64,000 nucleotides of DNA, taken from contig OZ024745.1 in assembly GCA_964016885.1 (NCBI GenBank), forward strand, positions 134,602,001 through 134,666,000. The letters run 5' to 3'. Shown here one piece after another: positions 12,099-24,800 of this stretch (positions are counted from its first letter, which is position 1; the number at the start of each line of letters is the position of its first letter). The position numbers were made by a program, and so were the translations under genes. The notes under the pieces were generated by a model. It searched no databases and was not told the origin of the DNA. It saw only the letters and a program-made list of their open reading frames with translations. The DNA is from Eledone cirrhosa. Taxonomy: Eukaryota.

Positions 12099-12439
12099 TC
12101 ATCATTTTATCATCATCATCATTTTACGTCCGCTTTTCCCTGCTTGCAAGGGTGGGACGGGAACTGATTCTGGCTTGATTTCTACAGCCGGATGCCCTTC
12201 CTAACACCAACCTCATTTACAGTGAGTGCTGGGTGCTTTTTTGCCGTGGCACCTCCACGACCACTTTGCAGTGGAATGATATGGACCCCAGTCCCTATCA
12301 TGTCATTTCTACAGCTGAGTAAACTGGAGCAATGTGAAATAAAGTGTCTTGCTCAAGGAAACAACACATCACCCGGTCTGAGAATTGAACTCACAACCTT
12401 TCGATTGCAAGGCTCTAACCACTAAGCCATGTGCCTCCA
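12095..12439 (-). mobile_element. CORE-type tRNA SINE with RTE tail
   Basis: Near-identical to 5185-5543 and inserted in a (TA)n tract. Confidence 0.85.
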
Positions 12440-12989
12440 TATATATATATACATACACACACACAATTTTCTATCCCCGACATCGGACTTGCACTGTCAT
12501 ATCTATTTTTGCTTTACAATTGTGTCTACTAGGAGTTCCATTACAATCTGTGGTAGTAAAACTACTATTTCACCAGAACATCTGCTATCAGTCATTTATA
12601 GACAATATATATACTTTAGACCACATATCAACCTAATATATATATATTTCCTATCAAATCTGTAGCTAGACATAAAGTCAGCCTCACTACTTCATTCTGA
12701 CAAGATATCAATTTATGACTAAAGATGAAGAAGATACACGAACGTTAATGTCGTGAAATAAAGCTGATAACATCTTTGAAACTTCTAATTTGATAACAAA
12801 GAGATTATTTCTTTGGTTGTTTAGTAACAACTAACAACACAACACATTGATTATATTTGAAGGAGGTAAGTTGACAAAGATTTACTTAATGTCTTTATTA
12901 ATGTGTGTAAATAATATAATATAATTATGTGAACCTTTCAACGATACAGTAATTATATACATGAAAATATATATAACAACATTACCACT

Positions 12990-13575
12990 AATAGTAAATA
13001 CTATACTGTACATTAGCTAATGTAGTCCTTGATACACTGTATCTGATAGCCAATAATACTAACTACTGTACATTAGATAATGTAGTCCTAGATACACCAC
13101 TATGGCACACAGCCACTAATACAAACTACTGTACTGTAGATTAGATAATGTAGTCCTAGATACACTATGTCTGAGAGCCACCAATACTAACTACTATACT
13201 GTACAGTAGATAATGTAGTCCTAGATACACTATGTCTGAGAGCCACTAATACTAACTACTGTACTGTACATTAGATAATGCAGTCCGAGATACACTATGT
13301 TTGATAGTCACTAATACTAACTACTGTACGTACATTAGATAATGTAGTCTTAGATACACTATGTCTGATAGCTACTAATACTAACTACTGTACTGTACAT
13401 TAGATAATGTAGTCCTAGATACACTATGTCTGATAGCTACTAATACTAACTACTATACTGTACACTAGATAATGTAGTCCTAGATACACTACGTCTGATA
13501 GCCACCAATATTAACTACTGTACTGTACATTAGATAATGTAGTCCTAGACTCCCCATGTCTGATAGTCACTAGTA
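12990..13575. repeat. 65-bp minisatellite, about 9 copies
   Basis: TAGATAATG recurs at about 13142, 13207, 13272, 13336, 13401, 13466 and 13531. Confidence 0.9.
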
Positions 13576-14204
13576 TATACGCAGTTCTCAGGGCGATTCA
13601 GCGAGACAAAACAAGACCGCCCGGTCTGGGATTCGAACTCACGAACCATACATTCTTAAATTACGCGCTATCACCGCGTAAACCCGGTGTCCTCCACACA
13701 AAATACACCAGAATAATTTAACCCGGATTAATTCACGAACGAGATTTACAATAATTCGCTGAGAGTGATCTCCCTTGGCTGATTTTAAAATCTTTTCTTC
13801 CATTAGAAATTAATTTGTTTCATGTCTGACTGAAAGACTCTGGAGTTTTTACCTGTCTTGGGTTTAATTAATGAGGAATTTTGAGGTATTTATAACAATT
13901 ATTAATTATTTCATTACTGAGATATCATTTGAAGGACTTACTAATGTTTTTATTTATTAATTATTTTATTAGTAACTTAACATGTGGTTCTTGTATAAAA
14001 TTATGTTGGAAGATTTTAGGAAGATGCTATGTAGCCGGTCGCGGTAAAATAGACGCCCAGGCTATGTAGCCGGTAAGAGTGTCAGACTCCATGTGTTGCG
14101 GCCCTTTATGGTCTGAGTTAAGACAATTTAAAATCTTTTCCACCATCAATTGTTAAAAAACAAGTTAAAATCATTTTGTCGTCCATTTGTAACGTACGTT
14201 ACAC

Positions 14205-14862
14205 TTTAGTTACATACACATATACTATGTTACATACACACATCTACTGTGTTACATACACACACATCAACTGGGTTACATACACACACATCTACTGCGT
14301 TACACACACATCTACTGTGTTACATACACACACATCTACTGAGTTACATACACACATCTACTGTGTTACATACACACACATCTTCTGTGTTACATACACA
14401 CATCTACTATGTTACATACACACATCTACTGTGTTACATACACACACCTGTGTTACATACACACACATCTACTGTGTTACATACACACACATCTACTGTG
14501 TTACACACATCTTCTATGTTACATACACACAATCTACTGTGTTACATACACACATCTACTGAGTTACATACACACACATCTACTGAGTTACATACACACA
14601 CATGTACTGTGTTACATACATACACATCTACTGTGTTACATACACACATCTACCGTGTTACACACACACATCTACCGTGTTACACACACACATCTACTGA
14701 GTTACATACACATATACTGAGTTACATGCAAACACACATCTACTGTGTTACATATACACATCTACTGTGTTACATACACATACATCTACTGAGTTATATA
14801 CACACACATCTACTGTGTTACACACACATCTACTGTGATACACACACACACACACATCTACT
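14205..14862. repeat. About 21-25-bp minisatellite (ACACACATCTACTGTGTTACAT)n
   Basis: Directly visible. It explains the ORFs at 14176-14881. Confidence 0.9.
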
Positions 14863-15699
14863 CATACATATTCATAAATAGACACACATTATACAAATAA
14901 TTATTACATACACACACATCTCTGTAATAATTCAGGAAGGAAGGGGCTGGTGAAACGCTATAGCAATGTGTGTGTGTTGTGTACCTTTCAGGTTTACCGG
15001 TTTCGTAGCCTATTTGAAGATTTTATTATAATTATGAACCTTATAATTCAATTAATTATGAATAATTTTGAGCTATTTATCACAATTGTTAGTTAATTAC
15101 TAACATAGTAACTTACCATATGGTTATTATATAGAATTTTGTTGGAAGACTTTAATTTAGATAGGAACCATTTCCATAGAACGAGAACTAATTTTGGCTG
15201 GGTTTCTACCAAAAGGGTTAATGAAGAATTTTGAACAATTTACTAAAATTATTAATTATTTCATTACTAAGATAATGTGTGAATACACAATTATATGTGT
15301 GTATATATGTATATATATATAAACAGTATATATATATATAGTATATATATATATATAAACAGTATATATATATAGTATATATATATATATAAACAGTATA
15401 TATATAGTATACAAAAGATGTAGTGGGATAGTGTGTAGTCTTAAGACAAGTCTGTCCAGATAGCTGCGCTGTAACTTACACTTATTGGGACTGTGTGTTG
15501 GCAAGCAGGCCTGTATTTTGGGATCTAGCTGGTCCATTATGAGGGAGGTCTGGTTAGTTGGCAGCACCATGCCTTACTTGTGGTATATGTATGTATAGAA
15601 ATAAGTTATTGTATATGCATAACTGTCCATCTATATGTATACATGTATGTTTACGTATATCTTTGCATACATATATACATTTTCAGATGTATACACGTA

Positions 15700-17620
15700 A
15701 TGGTCACCCGGATAGTAAACCAAGTCATACAGAATGGGGTTGTTCTGAAGGACTGGCGTAGCAGCATCATCATTAACTGTTACAAGGGTAAAGGAGACGC
15801 CCTAGATAGGAGTAACTATAGAGGCATTAAATTAATCGACCAGGTCATGAAGGTCACGGAAAAAGTAATAGCGCAACTAATCAGAGAGAGAATTGATCTA
15901 GATGAAATGCAGTTCGGGTTTGTGTCAGGTAAAAGTACCACAGACGCTCTTTTCATTGTACGACAACTACAGGAGAAGTACCTAGCTAAAAGTAAACCCC
16001 TATACTTAGCTTTTGTTGACTTGGAGAAAGCCTTGGACAGAGTCCCCCGTTCCATTATCTGGTGGGCTCTTAGAAAACTAGGTGTTGAGGAATGGCTTGT
16101 GAGAGCTATACGAGCCATGTATAAAGAAACAGTCAGCAAGGTTAGAATTAACAATGAATATAGTGAAGAGTTTAGCGTAAAATTTGGTGTTCATCAGGGC
16201 TCCGTCTTTAGCCCCCTATTATTTATTATTGCCCTTCAGGCTATAACAGTGGAGTTCAAGACCGGCTGCCCATGGGAACTCCTATACGCAAATGATCTAA
16301 CGCTCATAGCTGAATCAATGGCCGAGCTAGAGAAGAAATTCCAAACATGGAAGCAAGGCCTAGAATCAGAAGGCCTTAAAATTAACCTGGCTAAGACTAA
16401 AGTTCTAGTTTGTAGGAAAGAAAATAAGGCGCCGGTCCCTTCCGGGAAATGGCCATGCTCAGTGTGTAGGAAAGGCGTAGGTAGAAACTCCATTTTATGT
16501 CCCAAATGCAAAGTATGGGTTCATAAAAGATGTAGTGGGATCACAGGTAAGCTAACTAAGAACATAGATTTTACATGTGGCCGGTGCTCTGGTGCAATAA
16601 GTAGCAGCAAGTGCCCACAAAATACTAGCTCTTTCAATTGCGCAGAGGGTTCTATAGAAATAGTGGACAGCTTCCGTTACCTGGGTGACAAAATCAGCAG
16701 TGGGGGAGGGTGCTCTGAAAGTACAGTAGCTAGAGTCAGAACTGGATGGAAAAAGTTCAGAGAGCTTATACCACTATTAGCCGCTAAAGGGTTCTCCCTA
16801 AAAATGAAAGGCAGGTTGTATGATGCCTGCATATGAACAGCAATGTTGCATGGCAGTGAGACCTGGGCATTGTGTGCAGAGGATATATGCAAACTAGAGA
16901 GGAACGAAGCTTGCATGCTTCGCTGGATGTGTAATAGTAATATACGTGAACGGCAAAGCATAAACGAACTAAGGGAAAAATTAGAAATAAGAGGGATCAG
17001 ATGTTGTGTACTCGAGAGAAGACTACGTTGGTATGGTCCACGTGATGCGCATGAAAGACGACAGCTGTATAAAAAAAATGCAGGGCAATAAAGATAGACG
17101 GTAGCCACGGAGTAGGCAGACCCAGAAAAACCTGGGACGACTTGATAAATTCCGACCTCACACACTTACACCTCTCCAAGACAATGTCACTGGACCGAGA
17201 TCTTTGGCGGTGCTCAGTAATAGAGAAGACCCGCCTTACCTAAATACAAAGTAAAACCTACTACAGTCAGTAGGCACCTCTAACAAAATACACCCCCACC
17301 CCATCCACACCGCCCCTTTCACTGTAAAGTTATGTTGGTGCCACAACATCCAGGCCGAAACAAATGAGGTCGTGTAGGTGTCACGACAAAAAAAAAAACA
17401 CACAGTCCACGCAGTAATGTGGCCGTGTAGGTAACACGGTAAAAACTCCCAGTCCCACACTGTAAATGTGGTTGGTGTTAGGAAGGGCATCCAGCTGTAG
17501 AAAACCCGCCAGACAGTCCTATGCGAGCAAGACAACCACTCTTGCCTCAAGTGGGAAAACTCCCGTCCAAACCCATGCAAGCATGGAATATAGACGTTAA
17601 ACGATGATGATGATGATGAT
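15700..17620 (+). mobile_element. RTE-clade LINE, 5'-truncated, inactive (long-3'UTR subfamily)
   Basis: RT motifs NYRGIKL, QFGF, FVDLEKA, GVHQGS, a mutated catalytic YAND and FRYLGD. There is an in-frame stop at 16834, and the tail ends GACGTTAAAC(GAT)n. Confidence 0.95.
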
Positions 17621-17639
17621 ATATATATATATATATATA

Positions 17640-18403
17640 TATATTCCTTTGACATTTCTTAGAAAAAAAATGAAAAAGTTTTGTGAGAACCCCAATGTTT
17701 ATTTATTTTATTTTATTTTTAAATAAAATTAATAACATTAATTTTATTTTGAAATTAGGTTTATAAATATTAATTATCAGCAGACCTTTGTAGCAGTCTA
17801 GGCGGCTTAGTGGGAAGTACCAGAGATGGTGAGGTCCTTGTCTGTAGGTTCAATCGTTGCTGTAATGTGTCCTGTTAATCTTTTTTTCAACTTTCCTCAG
17901 AAAAAATGAAAATCTTTGGTGAGAACCCCAATGTCTATTTATCTAATATAATTTAATTAATTTTATTTTATTTTACTTTAGTTAAATTGTCGAAACCACT
18001 GGTGATCTAAAGTTAGAGGAGACAGATAAAATAGACATATTGTCTCCTCAACCTTTAGATCTTCAGTGTTTTCGACAATTTAACTAGAATAAAAAATTAA
18101 ATTCAATATAATTAAATAAATAGGGGTTCTCTTTTTCAAAGAGATATAGAAAGAAAATTATAAAAGATTAACATGACACCTTACATGTATCTCATGGACC
18201 AGGATTGAACCTCTGTCCTCAATTCAACCCTCAGACCAGGATTGAACACCCAGAACAGGATCTCACCATCTCTGGTACTTCCCACTAAGCTACCGAGACT
18301 GATACAAAGATGTACTGAAATTTAATATTTATAAACCTACTTTCAAAATAAAATTAAAAATAAAACGAAATAAATAGACATTGGGGTTCTAAACTTTAAT
18401 ATG

Positions 18404-18448
<45 letters not shown>

Positions 18449-18568
18449 CTTTGACATTTCTTAGAAAAAAAAACTGAAAAAGTTTTGTGAGAACCCCAAT
18501 GTCTATTTATTTTATTTTATTTTTAATTAAATTAAAAATAAAATGAAATCGACATTGGGGTTCTAAAC

Positions 18569-18610
<42 letters not shown>

Positions 18611-18770
18611 CTTTGACATTTCTTAGATAAAGAAACTGAAAAAGTTTTGTGAGAACCCCAATGTCTATTTATTTTATTTTATTTTTAAATCAAATTAATC
18701 AAATTAAATTAAATTAAAAATAAAATGAAATAAATCGACATTGGGGTTCTAAACTTTAATATATATATAT
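17640..18770. mobile_element. Full palindromic tRNA-head element (about 17640-18400) plus two internally deleted copies separated by (TA)n
   Basis: Each copy starts TTCCTTTGACATTTCTTAG and ends CATTGGGGTTCTAAACTTTAA. The central hairpin is at 17980-18085. Confidence 0.75.
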
Positions 18771-18772
18771 AT

Positions 18773-21670
18773 ATGGTGGATAAGATAATAAACGTAAATA
18801 TAGCGAATGACAGAATAATTAAAATAAGACTTGTTCTAAATAGAACTACGGTGACAGTAATATCTGTGTACGTGCCCCAATCCGGACTGCCCGGCACTAT
18901 AAAAGACAGATTCTATGAGACACTGATGCTCACTACCTCCCAAATAACCGACAGTGACTATATAATTATTGCTGGCGACCTAAATGGCCACGTTGGACAA
19001 CATTGTGACGGCTATGAAGGAATCCACGGAGGCTATGGGTTTGGTGAGGAAGGCTCCAGAATCCTGGAATTCTGTGACGCAAATAACCTAACTATCTGTA
19101 ACACTAACTTCAAAAAACGAAACAATCACTTGATCACCTATAGATCTGGGGACACACAAGCCAGGTAGATTATATCCTTACCAGGAGACGTGACAGAGTG
19201 TCTGTTGTAAACACTAAATCCCTCCCCCATGAAGAATGCAACTCCCAACATAGACTGATAATTAGCGACCTCATAGTCAGGACGAGACGTACTCGACAGC
19301 AGAAGAGGACTATCCTCAGGAGAAAAATATGGAAGCTAAAGGACCCCACAAACAGAAATAAATTTAAAAGCATATTACTTGATGCTTTCGACAGTAAGGA
19401 AGAGCATTTAGAGTCGTACAATATAGAGGAACAGTGGGAATTCCTGAAAGCAAAGCTGCTGATGGCGGCAGACAAAGTCTGTGGCTGGAGCAGACCTATA
19501 GGCAGGAGGAGAGTAACTTGGTGGTGGAACAGTAAGGTGGAGGAGTCAATTAAGGCCAAAAAGCAGGCTTGGAAAGTATAGCGGGAAGGGGGAAGTAGAG
19601 AAAACTATCAAGTGGCCAGGAGGGAAGCTAGGAGACAAGTGTACTTCTCAAGAAGGGAAGCAGAGAAAAGAAAGTTCAAGCATGTTCTACAACGCGAGGA
19701 CCAAAAACATGAGGTGTTCAGGATTGCTAGGCAATGTGTCAAGGAAAACCGTGATATTGTCGGGGAGAAGTGTGTCCTTAATGATGATGGTGTACTTGCC
19801 ATCACTGACGCTGATAAGAAGGTAGCTTGGAAGTGTCACTACGAAAGGCTACTAAATGAGGAGAATAAATGGGAAAAAGACAGTCTCCCCCACATCAACC
19901 CAATAGAGGGACCAGCAGTGTTAGTCAAAGGTAGTATAATAAGTAAGGCAATCAAAGACATGAAGACGGGTAAGGCGGCTGGGCCTTCGGAAATAGTTGC
20001 TGAAATGCTGAAAGCTTCTGGAACGGTGGGACACACCATGGTCACCCGGATAGTAAACCAAGTCATACATAATGGGGTTGTTCCGAAGGACTGGCGTAGC
20101 AGCCTCATCATTAACTGCTACAAGGGTAAAGGTGATGCCCTAGATAGGAGTAACTATAGAGCCATTAAATTAATCGACCAGGTCATGAAGGTCACAGAAA
20201 AAGTAATAGCGCAACTAATCAGAGAGAGAATTGATCTAGATGAAATGCAGTTCGGGTTTGTGTCAGGTAAAAGTACCACAGACGCTCTTTTCATTGTACG
20301 ACAACTACAGGAGAAGTACCTAGCTAAAAGTAAACCCCTATACTTAGCTTTTGTTGACTTGGAGAAAGCCTTCGACAGAGTCCCCCGTTCCATTATCTGG
20401 TGGGCTCTTAGAAAACTAGGTGTTGAGGAATGGCTTGTGAGAGCTATACGAGCCATGTATAAAGAAACAGTCAGCAAGGTTAGAATTAACAACGAATATA
20501 GTGAAGAGTTTAGCGTAAAAGTTGGTGTTCATCAGGGCTCCGTCTTTAGCCCCCTACTATTTATTATTGCCCTTCAGGCTATAACAGTGGAGTTCAAGAC
20601 CGGCTGCCCATGGGAACTCCTATATGCAGATGATCTAACGCTCATAGCTGAATCAATGGCCGAACTAGAGAAGAAATTCCAAACATGGAAGCATGGCCTA
20701 GAATCAAAAGGCCTTAAAATTAACCTGTCTAACACTAAAGTTTTAGTTTGTAGGAAGGAAAATAGGGCTCCGGTCCCATCCGGGAAATGGCCATGCTCAG
20801 TGTGTAGGAAAGGAGTAGGTAGAAACTCCATTTTATGTCCCAAATGCAAAGTATGAGTGCATAAAAGATGTAGTGGGATCACAGGTAGGCTAACTAAGAA
20901 TATAGATTTTATATGTGGCCGGTGCTCTGGTGCAATAAGTAGCAAGTGCCCACAGAATACTAGATCATTCCATTGCACAGATGGTTCTATAGAAATAGTG
21001 GACAGCTTCCGTTACCTGGGTGACAAAGTCAGCAGTGGGGGAGGGTGCTCTGAAAGTACAGTAGCTAGAGTCAGAACTGGATGGAAAAAGTTCAGAGAGC
21101 TTATACCACTATTAGCCGCTAAAGGGTTCTCCTAAAAATAGACGGTAGCCACGGAGTAGGCAGACCCAGAAAAACCTAGGACGACTTGATAAATTCCAAC
21201 CTCACACACCTACACCTCTCCAAGACAATGTCACTGGACAGAGATCTTTGGCGCTACACAGTAATAGAGAAGATCCGCCTTACCTAAGTACAAAGTGAAA
21301 CCTACTACAGTCAGCAGGCACCTCTAACAAAATACACCCCCGCCCCACTACCCCCACCCTATCCACTACACCACCCCTTTCAGTGTAAAGTTATGTTGGT
21401 ACCACAACGTCCAGCCCGAGACAAATGAGGTCGTGTAGGTGTCACGACAAAAAAACACACAGTCTATGCTGTAATGTGGCCGTGTAGGTAACACGGTAAA
21501 AACCTCCCAGTTCCACACTGTAAATGTGGTTGGTGTTAGGAAGGGCATCCAGCCATAGAAAACCCGCCAGACCGTCCTATGCGAGCAAGACAACCACTCT
21601 TGCCTCAAGTGGGAAAACTCACATCCAAACCCATGCAAGCGTGAAATATGGACGTTAAACGATGATCATG
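18773..21670 (+). mobile_element. Near full-length RTE LINE (APE endonuclease + RT + PHD-like finger), pseudogenised
   Basis: APE motifs SVYVPQ, AGDLNGHVG, QHRL and WWWN, and an intact YADD. Stops fall at about 19166, 19579, 20854 and 21133. About 290 bp is deleted at about 21135 relative to the 15.7 kb copy. (GAT)n tail. Confidence 0.95.
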
Positions 21671-21679
21671 ATATATATA

Positions 21680-23062
21680 TATATTCCTTTGACATTTCTT
21701 TAAAAAAAAAACTGAAAAGGTTTTTATTTTATTTTATTTTTAAATAAAATTAATTAAATTAGTTATATTTTGAAAGTAGGTTTATAAATATTAATTTTCA
21801 GTACACCTTTGTAGCAGTCTTGGTGGCTTCGTGGGAAGTACCAGAGATGGTGAGGTCCTTGTCTGTAAGTTCAATTCTTGCTTGGAGACATGTCTAATGT
21901 GTCCTATTAATCTTTTTTTAATTTTTCTTTTACATCTCTTAGAAAAAAATGAAAATCTTTGGTGAGAATCCCAATGTCTATTTAACTAATATAATTTAAT
22001 TAATTTAATTTAATTTAAGAGACCTTTGTAGCAGTCTTGGTGGCTTAGTGGGAAGTACCAGAGATGGTGAGAACCTTGTCTGTAGGTCCAATCCTGGTCT
22101 GGGAGTTCAATCGTTGCTGGGAGACACATGTAATGTGTCCTGTTAATCTTTTTTAATTTTCCTTAGAAAAAAATGAAAATCTTTGGTGAGAACCCCAATG
22201 TCAATTTATCTAATATAATTTAATTAATTTAATTTAATTTAATTTTTACTTTAGTTAAATTGTCGAAACCACTGGTGATCTAAAGATGGAGGAGACAGAT
22301 AAAATAGACATATTGTCTCCTCAACCTTTAGATCTTCAGTGTTTTCGACAATTTAACTAAAATAAAAAATTAAATTCAATATAATTAAATAAATAGGGGT
22401 TCTCTTTTTCAAAGAGATATAGAAAGAAAATTATAAAAGATTAACATGACACCTTACATGTATCTCATGGACCAGGATTGAACCTGAGTCCTCAATTCAA
22501 CCCTCAGACCAGGATTGAACAGCCAGAACAGGATCTCACCATCTCTGGTACTTCCCACTAAGCTACCGAGACTGATACAAAGATGTACTGAAATTTAATA
22601 TTTATAAACCTACTTTCAAAATAAAATTAAAAATAAAACGAAATAAATAGACATTGGGGTTCTAAACTTTAATATGTATGTATATATATATATATATATT
22701 CCTTTGACATTTCTTAGAAAAAAAAACTGAAAAAGTTTTGTGAGAACGCCAATGTCTATTTATTTTATTTTATTTTTAATTAAATTAGTTATATTTTGAA
22801 AGTAGGTTTATAAATATTAATTTTCAATAGACCTTTGTAGCAGTCTTGGTGGCTTAGTGGGAAGTACCAGAGATGGTGAGATCCTTGTCTGTAAGTTCAA
22901 TTCTTGCTTGGAGACATGTCTAATGTGTCCTATTAATCTTTTTTTAATTTTCCTTTTACATCTCTTAGAAATAACTGAAAATCTTTGGTGAGAACCCCAA
23001 TGTCTATTTATCTAATATAATTAATTTAATTTAATTTAATTTAATTTTTATTTTAGTGAAAC
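21680..23062. mobile_element. Cluster of palindromic tRNA-head elements (half copy, full copy, half copy)
   Basis: Same modules as 17640-18400, with a hairpin at about 22253-22358. Confidence 0.75.
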
Positions 23063-23189
23063 CACTGTTGTATTCAAGAGACCAGGTGGAGGGGTGGGTC
23101 TGCTAGATTCATCGTGGGTAAAGAACGGTGCTATGAACTTTTCTGGGTGGGAAATGACAATGGGCTGGGTATACACATACCACCCCACC

Positions 23190-23408
23190 ACCCCACCGCA
23201 AAGTGGTCGTGGAGGTGCCACGGCAAAAAAGCACCCAGCCCGCTCTGTAAAGCTGACGTGGAGGTGCCACGGAAAAAAAAAAGAACCCAGCACTCACTGC
23301 AAACTGGGTTGGCGTCAGGAAGGGCACCCAGCTGTAGAAACCAATCCAGAATCAGCTCCCACCCCACCCTTGCAAGCATGGAAAAGCGGACGTATGATGA
23401 AGTTGATA
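23190..23408 (+). mobile_element. RTE-type 3' tail (LINE end or SINE tail) with an internal duplication
   Basis: CGTGGAGGTGCCACGG occurs twice, followed by GGAAGGGCA.CCAGCTGTAGAAAC and GGAAAAGCGGACGT. Confidence 0.7.
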
Positions 23409-23799
23409 TATATATATATATATTAGTATATATATACACATATATATATACACACATATATATCAGTGTACATATATATATACATATATATATATAAATG
23501 AATATTTATTCAATTTAAAGCGCCAATTATCTATATATATAACAAGATATGAATTTTTCTAGGGATGGGGAAATTTTTAGTTTGTTTTTATATTTTCACT
23601 TCATTTTTTACTTTCTATTTAATACAGTCTTTGATCCAATATAATCCTGACAGTATTTGAACCAGTTTACCTCATATATATGTATGCACACACAACACTC
23701 AAGTTTCGCCCTCTACTGCTATTTCATTCATATTTATTGTTTAATTAACTCTGATCTAATTCATCAACTATTGTTAATTATATTATTACGTAGATTTCT

Positions 23800-24800
23800 T
23801 ATAAAATCTAGTGCATATATACGTGTATATATACAGGGAGACACTGTAATAGATGTAAAGAGAGTGGGAGATAGAGTTATAGAAGTAAAGAGAGGGGGAG
23901 AAATAAGCGGTAGATAGAGTAATAGATGTAAAGAGAGGGTTAGAGCGTTCAACTTGACAGTCAGTACAATGTTCAGCATGGTAGCCAGTACATATGCCAA
24001 CAACCCAACCGGCCAGCCAGCCGTATTTGCGGTTGACTGGCCAGTTGGGCGGTTGGTATGTGGAACGTTCAACTACGCAGTCAGTACCAAAGTTCAACAT
24101 TGTAGCCAGTGCATATGCCGATCGCCGCGCCCTCTTTGCTCTATTTTAATGACCTGGAACTAAGTAAAAAGAGTAGGAGATAACTCGACAAGAGCGGAGA
24201 GGGTGAGATTCGAACCATGTAAAGTCATTGGCTCCTGAACTTCGTAAGCGGGGCTGCTACTGACTGAGCAACGCCGGCAGCAAGGCAAATCGCGCATAAA
24301 ATAACACTTATATCGAGAAAATAAAACAAAAATGTCAATGTTGCACTCTTCTTTGTTGTTCTTTTATTTTACGTAAACATTTCGCTGCTCTAGCCTCTTA
24401 TTTCCTATTAGATTACACTTAATTCCATTAAACATTCATTCTTAGTCTCGTGGTAAACTATTTCATCTATATTTATATCGCTGTTACAGCCTTTTATTTC
24501 TACATCTATCACCTATAGCCACTGTTACGCCGGTAGTATAAGTAGCTTTATAACAAGAAACGATGATATAACTCCACAAAATGTCTTCTTCAGCAAGACA
24601 CTTCACTTCATATTGCTCCAGTACACTGAGTTACACATAGACAGATACATACATACACATATATATGTACACAGATAGAAATAAGAGGTAGATGTAAAGA
24701 TAGTGTAAAAGATTTAAAGAGAGGGTGAGAGTGTGACACACATTTATCTGTCTATCTCTCTCTATTTTAACACCGGTCGTTATAATTAGTTTTATAACAC
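23800..24800. mobile_element. Putative non-autonomous element with short direct repeats, a GC hairpin and an internal tRNA-like segment
   Basis: AGATGTAAAGAGAG repeats, a duplicated block at about 23947 and 24066, and minus-strand TTGCTCAGTCAG...GGTTCGAATC at about 24205-24275. Confidence 0.4.

Larger units (their letters stand above)
11016..12592. mobile_element. Long inverted repeat (foldback element), right arm split by a SINE
   Basis: 11016-11145 pairs with 12461-12592, and 11160-11295 pairs with 11965-12066. Confidence 0.8.

Noticed and set aside
12990-13575. Regular repeat array resembling CRISPR
   Set aside because: Contiguous 65-bp tandem units with no unique spacers, no cas genes and a eukaryotic context.
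15580-16836. 418-aa ORF as an active RT gene
   Set aside because: The N-terminus is microsatellite-derived, the catalytic YADD is mutated to YAND, and there is a premature stop.
23290-23375. Apparent T-to-C excess in an RTE tail (antisense editing?)
   Set aside because: There are few sites, several have the wrong neighbour context, and some may be the true consensus. It cannot be polarised by eye.
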